From positions 6,015 through 70,014 of the forward strand of contig JAFGEJ010000200.1 in assembly GCA_016931655.1 (NCBI GenBank): a stretch of 64,000 nt of DNA. The letters run 5' to 3'. This document shows positions 10,162 to 18,902 of the stretch, piece by piece; the first letter of the stretch is position 1, and each line of letters begins with the position of its first letter. The notes under the pieces are model-generated. The model made no database searches, had not been told where the DNA came from, and saw only the letters and a program-made list of their open reading frames with translations. Position numbers and translations under genes: made by a program. Source of the stretch: Phycisphaerae bacterium. GTDB lineage: Bacteria > Planctomycetota > Phycisphaerae > SM23-33.

Positions 10162-11115
10162 TTAATGTCTCAGGCAGGCTTCGTCGTCGCATTCGGTGGC
10201 GGAGTCGATCAGTTCCTCCATGGTCGTCAAGGCCACGCAGATGGACGTGTCGGCGGCGCCGTAGTAGATCTTCACCTCGCCGTCGTCCTCGACGATCGCG
10301 CCGCAGGCGAAGCAGACGTTTCCCACGTCCCCCACGCGCTCGTAGTCGGTTCGCGGGCTGAGCAGCGGTTCCAGGCATCGGCCTATGACCTTCGAGGGAT
10401 CGTTCAGGTCGAGCATCACCGCCCCGATGCGGTAGATCGGCCCGGCGGAGGTCATTTTCACGCCGTGATAGATTTCCAGCCAGCCCTTGTCGGTTTTGAT
10501 CGGCGGCGCGGAGGCGCCGATACGATACTGATCCCAGAACCGCGGGCGCGGGCCGAGCACGTAGTCGCTTTTGCCCCAGTGTTTCAGGTCCGGCGAGTAG
10601 GAAATCCAGATCGCCCCCACGCCGTACCCGAAGGGCCGGTCCAGGCGGGCGTACAGGCCGTTGACCTTTTCGGGGAACAGCACGCCGTCCTTGTTGCCCG
10701 GTTCGGAGACGATGGCGATGCGCTCGTAATGGTGGAAGTCCTCGGTCTTTGCCAGAGCGATGTAATGTCCGTATCCGCTTACCGCCGTGTACATGATGTA
10801 GTATTCCCCCTCGATAACGGTCAGACGGGGGTCTTCGATGCCGTTTTCCTCCCACGAGCGCCAGGGTTCCTGACTGGCTGGGAGCATGCAGGGGCTTTTT
10901 TCCATCTCGAAGTGCAAGCCGTCGCCGCTGCGGGCCAGCGTGAAGAAGGAATACCCCTGCTGTCCCTCGATGCGGATGAGCAGATAATACTCGCCGTCCA
11001 CTTTCACGGGCGTTCCGTTGAAAACGGTGTTGCAGCGGAAGGGCACGTCCTGGAGCGTCAGGATCGGGTTGCGTTCCCATCGGTGCAGCCGGTCGGTTCC
11101 GTGTCGAATAATCAT
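10162..11115 (-). CDS. GH130-family glycoside phosphorylase-like protein (beta-mannoside phosphorylase superfamily)
   Basis: 317 aa, no signal peptide, five-bladed beta-propeller GH130/DUF377-like sequence (RNPILT...GEYYLLIRIEG...DPRLTVIEGEYYIMYTA...). Its start overlaps the upstream paralog's stop by 4 nt. Confidence 0.65.
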   Translation of the reverse strand: MIIRHGTDRLHRWERNPILTLQDVPFRCNTVFNGTPVKVDGEYYLLIRIEGQQGYSFFTLARSGDGLHFEMEKSPCMLPASQEPWRSWEENGIEDPRLTVIEGEYYIMYTAVSGYGHYIALAKTEDFHHYERIAIVSEPGNKDGVLFPEKVNGLYARLDRPFGYGVGAIWISYSPDLKHWGKSDYVLGPRPRFWDQYRIGASAPPIKTDKGWLEIYHGVKMTSAGPIYRIGAVMLDLNDPSKVIGRCLEPLLSPRTDYERVGDVGNVCFACGAIVEDDGEVKIYYGAADTSICVALTTMEELIDSATECDDEACLRH

Positions 11116-12104
11116 TCGTCTTCGTCCTCCGCGTCCCCGCTGAGGTAATCCTGCACGACGGCGCAGGCGAGGCAGAATTCCGCGATTTCATCAATGCGGG
11201 CCGTACCGAGGCAGATGCAGCTGTTGCTCGCGCCGTAGTAAATCCACAGTTCGTGTTCGTGGAGAATCGCCCCGCAGGAAAAGACCATGTTGGGTACGTC
11301 GCCGATGCGCTCGTAGACCTCGCGCGGGCCGATGATCGGGATGTTTGAACGGGCGATGACCTTGGAGGGATCGTCGCGGTCGAGGATGGCGGCTCCCAGT
11401 CGCACGAGCGGCCCGGCGGAGGTGTCCTTCGCGCCGTAGTAGATCAGCAGCCAGCCCTGTTCGATTTCAATGGGAATCGCCGCGGCGCCGATGCGGCTGG
11501 AGTCCCAGTGCCCGCCGCGCGTGGTCATCACGACTTTTTCGTCGCCCCAGTAGGCCAGGTCTTCGGAATAACTGATCCAGATATCCCCGCCGGCGGGTCG
11601 TTTCAGCAGGGCGTATCGGCCGTCGAATTTGCAGGGGAACAGCGCGCCGTTTTTCACGTCCGGCTGGGAGACGTATCCGAGGAACTCGATGGTGTCCCAG
11701 TCGGTGGTGGCGGCCAGCCCCAGCCGCAGGCCGAACTCGCTGTCGGCGAGGTAGGTGATGTAGTACTTTCCGTCCAGGGGCGTGATGCGCGGGTCGCGAA
11801 TGCCGAACGTTTCGTACTGGGCGCGCGGGCCTTCCTTCGGCGGCTGAAGGAACGGCGTGGGGTCCACGGTGAAATTGATGCCGTCCTGGCTGCGGGCGCG
11901 ATAAAACAGATTGTGCCCCTGAAGGCTCTCCACGTTCAGGAGCATCATCAGCTCGCCGTTCCGCCGCACCACGCCGGCGTTGTGGATGTCCGCCACGCGG
12001 AAAGACAGATCCTCCAGGGCAATCAACGGATTGCCCTTCCAGCGATGAATAATGTCAGGACCAGTGGACAGCGACATGTTCGATTTGCCTTTCCGTACCA
12101 ACAC
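11112..12104 (-). CDS. GH130-family glycoside phosphorylase-like protein, tandem paralog
   Basis: 330 aa, collinear with 10162..11115 (GNPLIALEDL...GIRDPRITPLDGKYYITYLA...). The start may be the internal MSLS at 12077. Confidence 0.65.
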   Translation of the reverse strand: MLVRKGKSNMSLSTGPDIIHRWKGNPLIALEDLSFRVADIHNAGVVRRNGELMMLLNVESLQGHNLFYRARSQDGINFTVDPTPFLQPPKEGPRAQYETFGIRDPRITPLDGKYYITYLADSEFGLRLGLAATTDWDTIEFLGYVSQPDVKNGALFPCKFDGRYALLKRPAGGDIWISYSEDLAYWGDEKVVMTTRGGHWDSSRIGAAAIPIEIEQGWLLIYYGAKDTSAGPLVRLGAAILDRDDPSKVIARSNIPIIGPREVYERIGDVPNMVFSCGAILHEHELWIYYGASNSCICLGTARIDEIAEFCLACAVVQDYLSGDAEDEDE

Positions 12105-12190
12105 AGACGGGATATACAGATTCCGTATCTTATTATCGGCAAATCCGGGCGGGGGGTTGACTTACGAATTTCTTGAGACAAAGATGTGGC

Positions 12191-12349
12191 GAAGAGAACA
12201 CGAATTACGCGAATAAAGACGAATTTCACGAATATTTTTTTAAATAGAAAATGTCGCCCTCTGGAACATTCCTTCCGTAGACGATTTGTTTTTTTTATCA
12301 GGAAAATTCGTAACTATTCGTCTTTATTCGCGTAATTCGTGTTCTCTTG
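12191..12349. repeat. Perfect 33-bp inverted repeat pair flanking a roughly 91-bp AT-rich spacer
   Basis: Left arm AAGAGAACACGAATTACGCGAATAAAGACGAAT (12192-12224) is the exact reverse complement of the right arm at 12316-12348. The spacer contains TTCACGAAT. The region ends 6 nt from the LolA-like gene's stop. Confidence 0.85.
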
Positions 12350-12354
12350 AAATG

Positions 12355-13188
12355 TTATTGTTCCAGCCGCTGGACGATCAGCTCAAAGCCGGCCGGTTTG
12401 GGCACGTTAAAAAGTTTCGGGTCGATTTTGGCGTCGGTTTTGGTGTTCGTGAAGGTAACGGTCTTGATGTTCTCGTTCTCGTCGCGGGCGATCAGTTTGA
12501 CCGGCAGGTCGGTTTTGCGGCTGATCCACATCTCCAGGCGGTTGAAGTTCACGTCCTTTTCCTTGCCCGGCAGGGGGGTGAGTTTCAGATAGTCGGTGTC
12601 GGGGGGATCGGACGGGTCGGGATTTCGCGTCCGGGCCTGCAGAAGGGCCAGCACGTCATTGGTCTTTTGGCCGAAGGGCACGGGGAAAGGCCCCTTGCCG
12701 ATCTTGAGCGGTTCTATTTTCTCGCCCTCCGCCGCCACCTGCCATTGCGTGCGGGTTTTGGTGTTGTATTGGTCCTTGGTGACGAATCGGCCGTCAAAAA
12801 CGTAGTCCACCTGGTTTCGTGTTTCCGGGCCTTCCTCCAGGCGGAGCGTCTGGAAATTCACGCGGAATTTGGCCGGCTGATCCTTCGTTTCCTTCTGATA
12901 CGCCGCCCAGCCGGTGCGCTGCTCCTTCTCGCCCGTCATGCGGTTGACGACTTCGTAGCGGATGTCTGTTCGCAGCGTGGTGAAGGCGTCGCCGGCCTTC
13001 TCCAGGCGATCCAGAATCGCCCGGGCCGGGGCGTCCGTGGGATTCGCGACGGGCGCCGCGGGCTTGTCCGCCTTTTTCGCCTCCGGCTGGGAAGCGTCCT
13101 TTTTGGCGTTGAGTTTCTCTTCCCCACAGGCCAGGTTGACCAGGCACAGCGATACCACCAACGCGTATGTCATCGACATTTTATTCAT
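12355..13188 (-). CDS. Secreted lipoprotein, LolA-like outer-membrane lipoprotein-sorting fold (tentative)
   Basis: MNKMSMTYALVVSLCLVNLACGEE signal peptide with lipobox. 277 aa, K/T-rich, predicted beta-rich. Confidence 0.45.
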   Translation of the reverse strand: MNKMSMTYALVVSLCLVNLACGEEKLNAKKDASQPEAKKADKPAAPVANPTDAPARAILDRLEKAGDAFTTLRTDIRYEVVNRMTGEKEQRTGWAAYQKETKDQPAKFRVNFQTLRLEEGPETRNQVDYVFDGRFVTKDQYNTKTRTQWQVAAEGEKIEPLKIGKGPFPVPFGQKTNDVLALLQARTRNPDPSDPPDTDYLKLTPLPGKEKDVNFNRLEMWISRKTDLPVKLIARDENENIKTVTFTNTKTDAKIDPKLFNVPKPAGFELIVQRLEQ

Positions 13189-13208
13189 ATCGAGTCCTTT
13201 CGCACTTT

Positions 13209-13318
13209 ATGTCATCCTGAGCGGAGCGAAGCGGAGTCGAAGGACCTCACGCCTAACTACCCGTAAGATCCTTCGACTTCGTGTCTCGCTTTGCTCGACA
13301 CTTCGCTCAGGATGACAA
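13209..13318. repeat. MITE/REP-like palindromic element, copy 1 of 3, with GTCATCCTGAGCG...CGCTCAGGATGACAA termini
   Basis: Termini ATGTCATCCTGAGCGGAGCGAAGCGGAGTCGAAGGA ... TCCTTCGACTTCG...CGCTCAGGATGACAA are internally palindromic. The same termini recur at 24098 and 40621. Confidence 0.8.
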
Positions 13319-13320
13319 TT

Positions 13321-14076
13321 TTAATTTGTCTTTTTCCGCGTTCGCCGGACGATTCCCACCGCCAGCCGGCCCAGGGCCATCACGAACGCCAGACCCAGCA
13401 GGACGAGGACGGCGATATATCCTTTATCCGCCAGGCGATAGGTCACGTAGGTGATCACGGCGTATCGGATCAGTCTGCCCAGAAAATTGGCAGCCGCGAA
13501 AGGCCAGCGACTGTAACGATGCGTCGCCGCCAGCATACGGGCGACATCCACCGGAATCGGCAAAAGATTGAAGATAAACGTCAGCGCGAACGGCGCCCGC
13601 TCGAACCATCCGACGGCCCGGCGGTACGTCCGCCAGTGGCGCACGCGAGCGACCCGATGATGCCGCAGCAGCAGCGTGAAAACGTGGTAATCATTGAGAT
13701 TCGCTATCGTCGAGCCCGTCGCCCCCACGACGCTGACCGCCAGCACCGTCGTCCACAGCTCGCCCGTGACGGCGTATTGCTCCATCGCGACGGCCGCGGT
13801 AATCCAACTGGTGTTCAGCGGCAGGAACGTGCAGGAGAGCGTCATGTACAGGCCGAAGACCAGCAGTTTCACCGCCGGGGAGGCCTGGCGCACCGAATCC
13901 TTGAAGGCCGACCAGCCAGCCAGCGAAATCGGCTCCCTCGGTAATAGCACCGCCAACGCCGCCCCAGCCGAGAGCAGAACGACGAGATAAAACGCGAACC
14001 AGATTCGCAGCGTGACCTTGCGATAGTCCGCCGTCAGGGCGGCTGCGTCGATAAGTTGTTCGGGGTGGGAGGTCAT
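13321..14076 (-). CDS. DedA/VTT-domain family inner-membrane protein (tentative)
   Basis: Multi-TM ORF with a DedA-like core (...FIFNLLPIPVDVARMLAATHRYSRWPFAAANFLGRLIRYAVITYV...). Start chosen at ATG 14076; the alternative ATG at 14157 lies inside a hairpin element. Confidence 0.5.
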   Translation of the reverse strand: MTSHPEQLIDAAALTADYRKVTLRIWFAFYLVVLLSAGAALAVLLPREPISLAGWSAFKDSVRQASPAVKLLVFGLYMTLSCTFLPLNTSWITAAVAMEQYAVTGELWTTVLAVSVVGATGSTIANLNDYHVFTLLLRHHRVARVRHWRTYRRAVGWFERAPFALTFIFNLLPIPVDVARMLAATHRYSRWPFAAANFLGRLIRYAVITYVTYRLADKGYIAVLVLLGLAFVMALGRLAVGIVRRTRKKTN

Positions 14077-14117
14077 CAGGTTTTTGGAGGCGTTATGCTT
14101 TGTTAAAAATTTTTTTT

Positions 14118-14203
14118 GCCACAAAGGACACAAAGGTCTCAAAGTAAAAAACAACAAAAGGGTTTTGTTTTTCTTCTTTGTGACCTTTGTGCTCTTTGTG
14201 GCG
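14118..14203. repeat. Long hairpin, CACAAAG variant of the CACAGAG family, in the divergent promoter region between the DedA-like and ferredoxin genes
   Basis: GCCACAAAGGACACAAAGGTCTCAAAG, AT-rich loop, CTTTGTGACCTTTGTGCTCTTTGTGGC. Confidence 0.75.
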
Positions 14204-14350
14204 GCTTTTCTTTATTTTGTTTTTTTGCGATTTCAATGGAGCAAAGGCGTTACACGTTTCGCCGCGGGAACATTGTATTGTCCCAGCCGACGTTTTGCGT
14301 TACGTTTTTCCTCGCGGGGCCGATTTTTCCCCCGGCCCGGGAACACCGCC

Positions 14351-14710
14351 ATGCCGAAATATCGCGTAACCTTCCAGCCGATGGGCAAAACCGTGGAAGC
14401 GGACCCGGCGGCGTATCCCTACGGCGACCACGGCCTGCCCGGAAGCCTGCTGGATATCGCCCTGGCGTTCGGCGTGCCCATCGAACACGCCTGCGGCGGC
14501 GTGGGCGCCTGCGCGACGTGCCACGTGATCGTGACAGCCGGCGAGGAGAATCTCTCCCCACCGAGCGAAGAGGAACTGGACCAGGTGGAACTCGCCCCCG
14601 AAAGTTCGCCCGATTCGCGTCTGGCCTGCCTGGCCGTCGTGCGGGGCGACGTGACGGTGAGAATCCCCGGCTGGAACCGAAACGCCGTTTCAGAAAACGC
14701 CTCCCCGTAA
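14351..14710 (+). CDS. fdx: 2Fe-2S ferredoxin (adrenodoxin/putidaredoxin type)
   Basis: Start at MPKYRVTF (ATG 14351). Cys ligands are ACGGVGACATCH (C-x5-C-x2-C) plus the downstream RLAC. 119 aa. Confidence 0.8.
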   Translation: MPKYRVTFQPMGKTVEADPAAYPYGDHGLPGSLLDIALAFGVPIEHACGGVGACATCHVIVTAGEENLSPPSEEELDQVELAPESSPDSRLACLAVVRGDVTVRIPGWNRNAVSENASP

Positions 14711-14789
14711 AAAACGACGAAAGCACCGCCAAGGCGCTTCCGTCGCCTGGTTTTCCTCGTAATTGCAATTGAGAATTCTAAAAGACCTA

Positions 14790-14863
14790 CCACAGAGACA
14801 CAGAGGTCACAGAGAAAAACATAAAAAATTAGGTCTTTCTCTTTGCTCTCTGTGTCTCTGTGG
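14790..14863. repeat. Long hairpin of the CACAGAG family, in bidirectional-terminator position between fdx (+) and tRNA-Leu (-)
   Basis: CCACAGAGACACAGAGGTCACAGAGAAA, loop, TTTCTCTTTGCTCTCTGTGTCTCTGTGG. Confidence 0.75.
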
Positions 14864-14904
14864 TAAAAATTCCTTTTTTTCAGAGGTCTCAATTCAAAAA
14901 CCAC

Positions 14905-14990
14905 TGCCCGGGACTGGATTTGAACCAGCATGAGGTATAAACCTCACCAGGCCCTCAACCTGGCGCGTCTGCCAATTCCGCCACCCGGGC
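14905..14990 (-). tRNA. tRNA-Leu (anticodon GAG), type II with long variable arm
   Basis: Reverse complement reads GCCCGGGTGGCGGAATTGGCAGACGCGCCAGGTTGAGGGCCTGG-TGAGGTTTATACCTCAT-GCTGGTTCAAATCCAGTCCCGGGCA. Acceptor 7 bp, anticodon loop UUGAGGG, long variable stem-loop, T-loop TTCAAAT. Confidence 0.85.
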
Positions 14991-15053
14991 GGGAATCCCC
15001 GTAGAATAATTCCGCCGGCGTGGTATGTCAATACGCGGCGGGGCGGGAAGACG

Positions 15054-15196
15054 TGAGCGACCGGACTTTCCGGCATAAAGAAAAAAACAGAAAATCCGAC
15101 ACCCCTTGGGGGCAGGCTCCGTTCCTGAGAGACAGAGAAGATATAGATGATGAAAAAAATTAAAAAAATCTTCTCAGTTCCTCAGTTTCTCTGTGT
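15054..15196. repeat. About 140-bp intergenic repeat, copy 2 of 2 (first copy at 9025..9165)
   Basis: Near-identical to 9025..9165, including TGAGCGACCGGA..., GAAAATCCGACACCCCTTGGGGGCAGGCTCCGTTCCTGAGAGACAGAGAAGATATAGA and ...ATCTTCTCAGTTCCTCAGTTTCTCTGTGT. Confidence 0.8.
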
Positions 15197-15272
15197 CGCG
15201 TTTTTTACGCGCCCACAGGGCTCAGGGCGATCAGAAAGTTGCCGCCGGGAAAAAGGTCGCTTACCGGGAAGA

Positions 15273-16538
15273 CTATTCCTGCACGCGGCGGATGTTCGCG
15301 CCGAGTTGATTGAGCTTCGTTTCGATGTGCTCGTATCCGCGGTCGATGTGATACACGCGGCGGACTTCCGTTTCGCCGCGGGCGACCAGCCCCGCCAGCA
15401 CCAGCGCCGCGGAGGCCCGCAAGTCGCTGGCCATCACCGGTGCGCCGATGAGTTCCCGCACGCCCGTGACGATGGCGGTGGGGCCTTCCTTGCGGATGTT
15501 CGCGCCCATGCGCAGCAGTTCCGCCACGTGCATGAAGCGGTCGGGGAAGATTTTCTCCGTGATCGCGCTGTTACCGTCGGCCAGGCACAGCAGCGTCATG
15601 AGCTGGGCCTGTAAGTCGGTGGGGAAGCCCGGATACGGCTGGGTGGTCACGTCGGCGGGGGCAAGTCGCCTGGCCGAGGCGACCACGGCGGCGCCGTTGT
15701 GTTTTTCGACCACCACGCCGACTTCGCGGAGCTTATCGACGACGGCCAGCAGGTGATCGAGGCGGCAGTTGTGGACGGTCACGTCGCCGTTGGTAACGGC
15801 GGCGGCGAAGATGAACGTGCCGGCTTCGATGCGGTCCGGAATGACCGTATGCTCCACGCCGCCGAGTTGCTTCACGCCCTCGACGGTCACGCGCGGCGTG
15901 CCCGCGCCGCGGATTTTCGCGCCCATGGCGTTGAGCATGTCGGCCAGGTCTTCGATTTCCGGCTCGCAGGCAGCCGACTCGATCATCGTGGTTCCCTCGG
16001 CCAGCACCGCCGCCGACATCACGTTGGCCGTCCCCAGTACGGTCGAACCGAACGGCCCGCCGAGGAAAATCTCCGCCCCTTTCAGGCGGTCGCAGGAAGC
16101 GACGATGTCGCCGCCGTCCAGTTCGATCTTCGCCCCCAAAGCCCGCAGGCCCCGCAGGTGCAGGTCCACGGGCCGGGCGCCGATGGCACAGCCGCCGGGC
16201 ATGGACACCCGCGCGTAGCGGCGTTTCGCCAGCAACGGTCCCAGCACGCAAATGCTCGCGCGCATCTTCCGCACGAGGTCGTATCGCGCGTGGCTGTGGG
16301 ATTCGTCCGTCACGCGGATGCGCAATGCGCCGTTTTCGTCGCGGTCGGCGGCGACGCCCAGTTCGCCCAGGATCTCCAGCATCGCGCGGATATCGGCCAG
16401 GTCGGGCACGGATCGCAGTGTGCAGGGCTCTTCCGTCAGCAGACATCCCGCCAGGATCGGCAGGGCGGCGTTCTTCGCGCCGCTGACGGTCACCTCGCCC
16501 TTCAATCGCACACCGCCGGGAATGATGAATTTGTCCAT
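15273..16538 (-). CDS. murA: UDP-N-acetylglucosamine 1-carboxyvinyltransferase
   Basis: 421 aa, MDKFIIPGGVRLKGEVTVSGAKNAALPILAGCLL..., full-length MurA/EPSP-synthase fold. Confidence 0.9.
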   Translation of the reverse strand: MDKFIIPGGVRLKGEVTVSGAKNAALPILAGCLLTEEPCTLRSVPDLADIRAMLEILGELGVAADRDENGALRIRVTDESHSHARYDLVRKMRASICVLGPLLAKRRYARVSMPGGCAIGARPVDLHLRGLRALGAKIELDGGDIVASCDRLKGAEIFLGGPFGSTVLGTANVMSAAVLAEGTTMIESAACEPEIEDLADMLNAMGAKIRGAGTPRVTVEGVKQLGGVEHTVIPDRIEAGTFIFAAAVTNGDVTVHNCRLDHLLAVVDKLREVGVVVEKHNGAAVVASARRLAPADVTTQPYPGFPTDLQAQLMTLLCLADGNSAITEKIFPDRFMHVAELLRMGANIRKEGPTAIVTGVRELIGAPVMASDLRASAALVLAGLVARGETEVRRVYHIDRGYEHIETKLNQLGANIRRVQE

Positions 16539-16783
16539 ACGTTACATAACCTTCGTTATACAGAATCCGTTTTTGGCCCCAAAGGGGCGACAGCAATTTT
16601 GTACTTCTGTTATATCGCTGCCGCCCCTTCGGGGCTACCGCCTTTTTATCATCTTTCCGGGGGTTCGCTGCGCTCACCCCCGGCTATGCGCTTACCAGCC
16701 CTTCGGGCTTCAAGAATACACACAAAAAGATCAACTCCGCTTTCATAGATTGTGCGTTTAATTGGAATTCCCAATACATAACG

Positions 16784-18568
16784 CTACTGAATTTTCGGGC
16801 GTTTGCGGGGATCGCTCCGCTGGAATCGCGCGTGCAGTTCGCGAAGGCTCTCGTCGTCCAGCGGGCCGGTTTTTAATTCCTGCACGCTGTGGGTTTCCTT
16901 TCGGTGCAGAATCCGGTCCACCGCCTCCTGAAGCGTGCGATGGTGATTTCCTCGCCGTTGGCCGGCCAGGGACAGTTCCGTCAGCGTCGGGGCGTAGCCG
17001 ACCATTTCCTCATCGGCCAGCAGTTCCTCCAGGGCGAGTCGGCCGTCCGTGCCCAGCGGCCAAATGCGTTCTGCAAGACGTTGCAGCATGGCGTCCTGAA
17101 AGTCAGCCGGGTCAATGCGTTCGGCGGCCTGGTCGAACAGTTCCGGTTCGTCCAGCAGCACCTCCAGCACCACGCGTTCGGGGTTCGTCGTCACGCCGAT
17201 CGCAGCCCGGCCGTCCGCGGCTGGGCGGGCGGACCGGTCGGGCCGAATTTTTCGCCCCAGGCGTCGCATCTGTTGCTGCACTTCCGCCGCCGGGGCGTTG
17301 AGCAGGTGGGCGATGTGCTGGGCCAGGCTCTGCCGGCGGATTTCGTCGATCGCGCCGTACGCGCCGCTGGCGACCACGAGCGTCAGGAATTCCTCCATCA
17401 GGCGGTTCCGCTCCGCGAGATTTCCCCCCGCCGACAGGCAGGCGGCGAACTGGCGATCCCAGACGTATTGCAGCGCGTCGGGCGCCTGGTCGATCAGCGC
17501 CTGGAAGGCTTCTCCGCCCTCGGCAAGGCTGAAGTCGCACGGGTCTTTCCCGGCTGGGATCGTCGCGACGCGCACGTGCATCCGCTGGGCGAGGAACAGC
17601 TCCAGCGCCCGCTGGGCAGCCGCGGCGCCGGCCTGGTCCGCGTCGAACACGAGCACCACCTCCGGGGCGTATCGTCCCAGCAGGCGCACGTGTCCTTCGG
17701 TTAAAGCCGTTCCGAGGGTCGCGACCACGTTCGTCACGCCCGTCTGGTGGGGCAGGATCACGTCGAGATAGCCTTCCACGACGACGGCCTGGCGGCGCTG
17801 CACGATACTCTCGCGCGCCTCAGCCAGGCCGTACAGAAGCGAGGATTTGTCGAACAGCGCCCCTTCCGGGCTGTTGAGGTACTTTGCCCGTTCGTCGGCC
17901 GCCAGCGCCCGCCCGCCGAAGGCGACCACGCGCCCCGTAACGTCGCGGATCGGAAACATCAGCCGCTGACGGAAATAATCGTAGCAGCCGCTCTTGCCCT
18001 CGCGCCGGCGCACCAGCCCCGCAGCCACCATCTGTTCCTCGGAGAATCCCTTTCGCCGCCCGGCGGACAGAAACGCCTCCCAGGAGTCGCAGGCATATCC
18101 GACGCCGAACCGTTCGATGGTCTCGTCACTCAGCCCCCGGCTGTGGGCGTAGCCCAGCGCGTCCCGCCCGGCCGGTTCGCGCAACTGGCGCTGAAAATAC
18201 CCACCCGCGAATTCCGTCACGGCGGCCAGGTCGTTTTTGCTCATTCCGTCGGCGACGGTCTCCGGCGCATAGTCTTTCGGCAAGGGAATGTTCACCCGCT
18301 CGGCAAGGCGGCGAATGGCTTCGGGAAAGCTGAGCTTTTCATAGCCCATCAGAAACTGCGCGGCGTTTCCTCCCGCGCCGCAGGCGAAGCATTTGTAAAT
18401 CTGCTTGCCCGGCGAGACGTACATGGAAGGGTTTTTGTCCTCGTGGAACGGACAAAGCCCCACGAACTCCCGGCCTTTGTGTTTCAGCGCGACGTATTGC
18501 CCGACCAGCTCGACGATGTCCGTCGCCTGGAGCACCTGCTGAATGAACATTTCGGGAAACCGGGCCAT
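16784..18568 (-). CDS. dnaG: DNA primase
   Basis: Zinc ribbon CPFHEDKNPSMYVSPGKQIYKCFACGAGGNA, then TOPRIM (VVVEGYLDV...VLVFDAD) and a C-terminal helicase-interaction region. ATG at 18568 with GAGGAA upstream; the track's upstream TTG at 18589 is less likely. Confidence 0.9.
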   Translation of the reverse strand: MARFPEMFIQQVLQATDIVELVGQYVALKHKGREFVGLCPFHEDKNPSMYVSPGKQIYKCFACGAGGNAAQFLMGYEKLSFPEAIRRLAERVNIPLPKDYAPETVADGMSKNDLAAVTEFAGGYFQRQLREPAGRDALGYAHSRGLSDETIERFGVGYACDSWEAFLSAGRRKGFSEEQMVAAGLVRRREGKSGCYDYFRQRLMFPIRDVTGRVVAFGGRALAADERAKYLNSPEGALFDKSSLLYGLAEARESIVQRRQAVVVEGYLDVILPHQTGVTNVVATLGTALTEGHVRLLGRYAPEVVLVFDADQAGAAAAQRALELFLAQRMHVRVATIPAGKDPCDFSLAEGGEAFQALIDQAPDALQYVWDRQFAACLSAGGNLAERNRLMEEFLTLVVASGAYGAIDEIRRQSLAQHIAHLLNAPAAEVQQQMRRLGRKIRPDRSARPAADGRAAIGVTTNPERVVLEVLLDEPELFDQAAERIDPADFQDAMLQRLAERIWPLGTDGRLALEELLADEEMVGYAPTLTELSLAGQRRGNHHRTLQEAVDRILHRKETHSVQELKTGPLDDESLRELHARFQRSDPRKRPKIQ

Positions 18569-18902
18569 GCAATCACGTTCCTCGCGCAAGAAAGGGCCTT
18601 CCGAACACTCGTTTCAGGGGATATTCTATCCTCCCAGCCGCGGCGTGTCCAAACAACTCCCCGCGAGTGGAATTTGTAAGCCGTCTGAGATCCTATTGTG
18701 AGGACTACGACCTTTTATCCCAAATCACACTGTTGAGAAATCATCCACGGATTACACTGATTTTTTAGAGATTTCACGGATTCCTTCTATAATTTTGTGA
18801 AAATATCTTTTCCGTGTAATCCGTTTTTTCATTCGTGAAACTTGCCTACCGGCAGGTAGGTCCGTGGACTCTTTTTACAGACAGCATAACCGCGAAAGAA
18901 AT

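Noticed and set aside
15699-16748. 349-aa, 314-aa and smaller ORFs overlapping murA
   Set aside because: The MurA frame is unambiguous. The others are Arg/Gly/Pro-rich junk.
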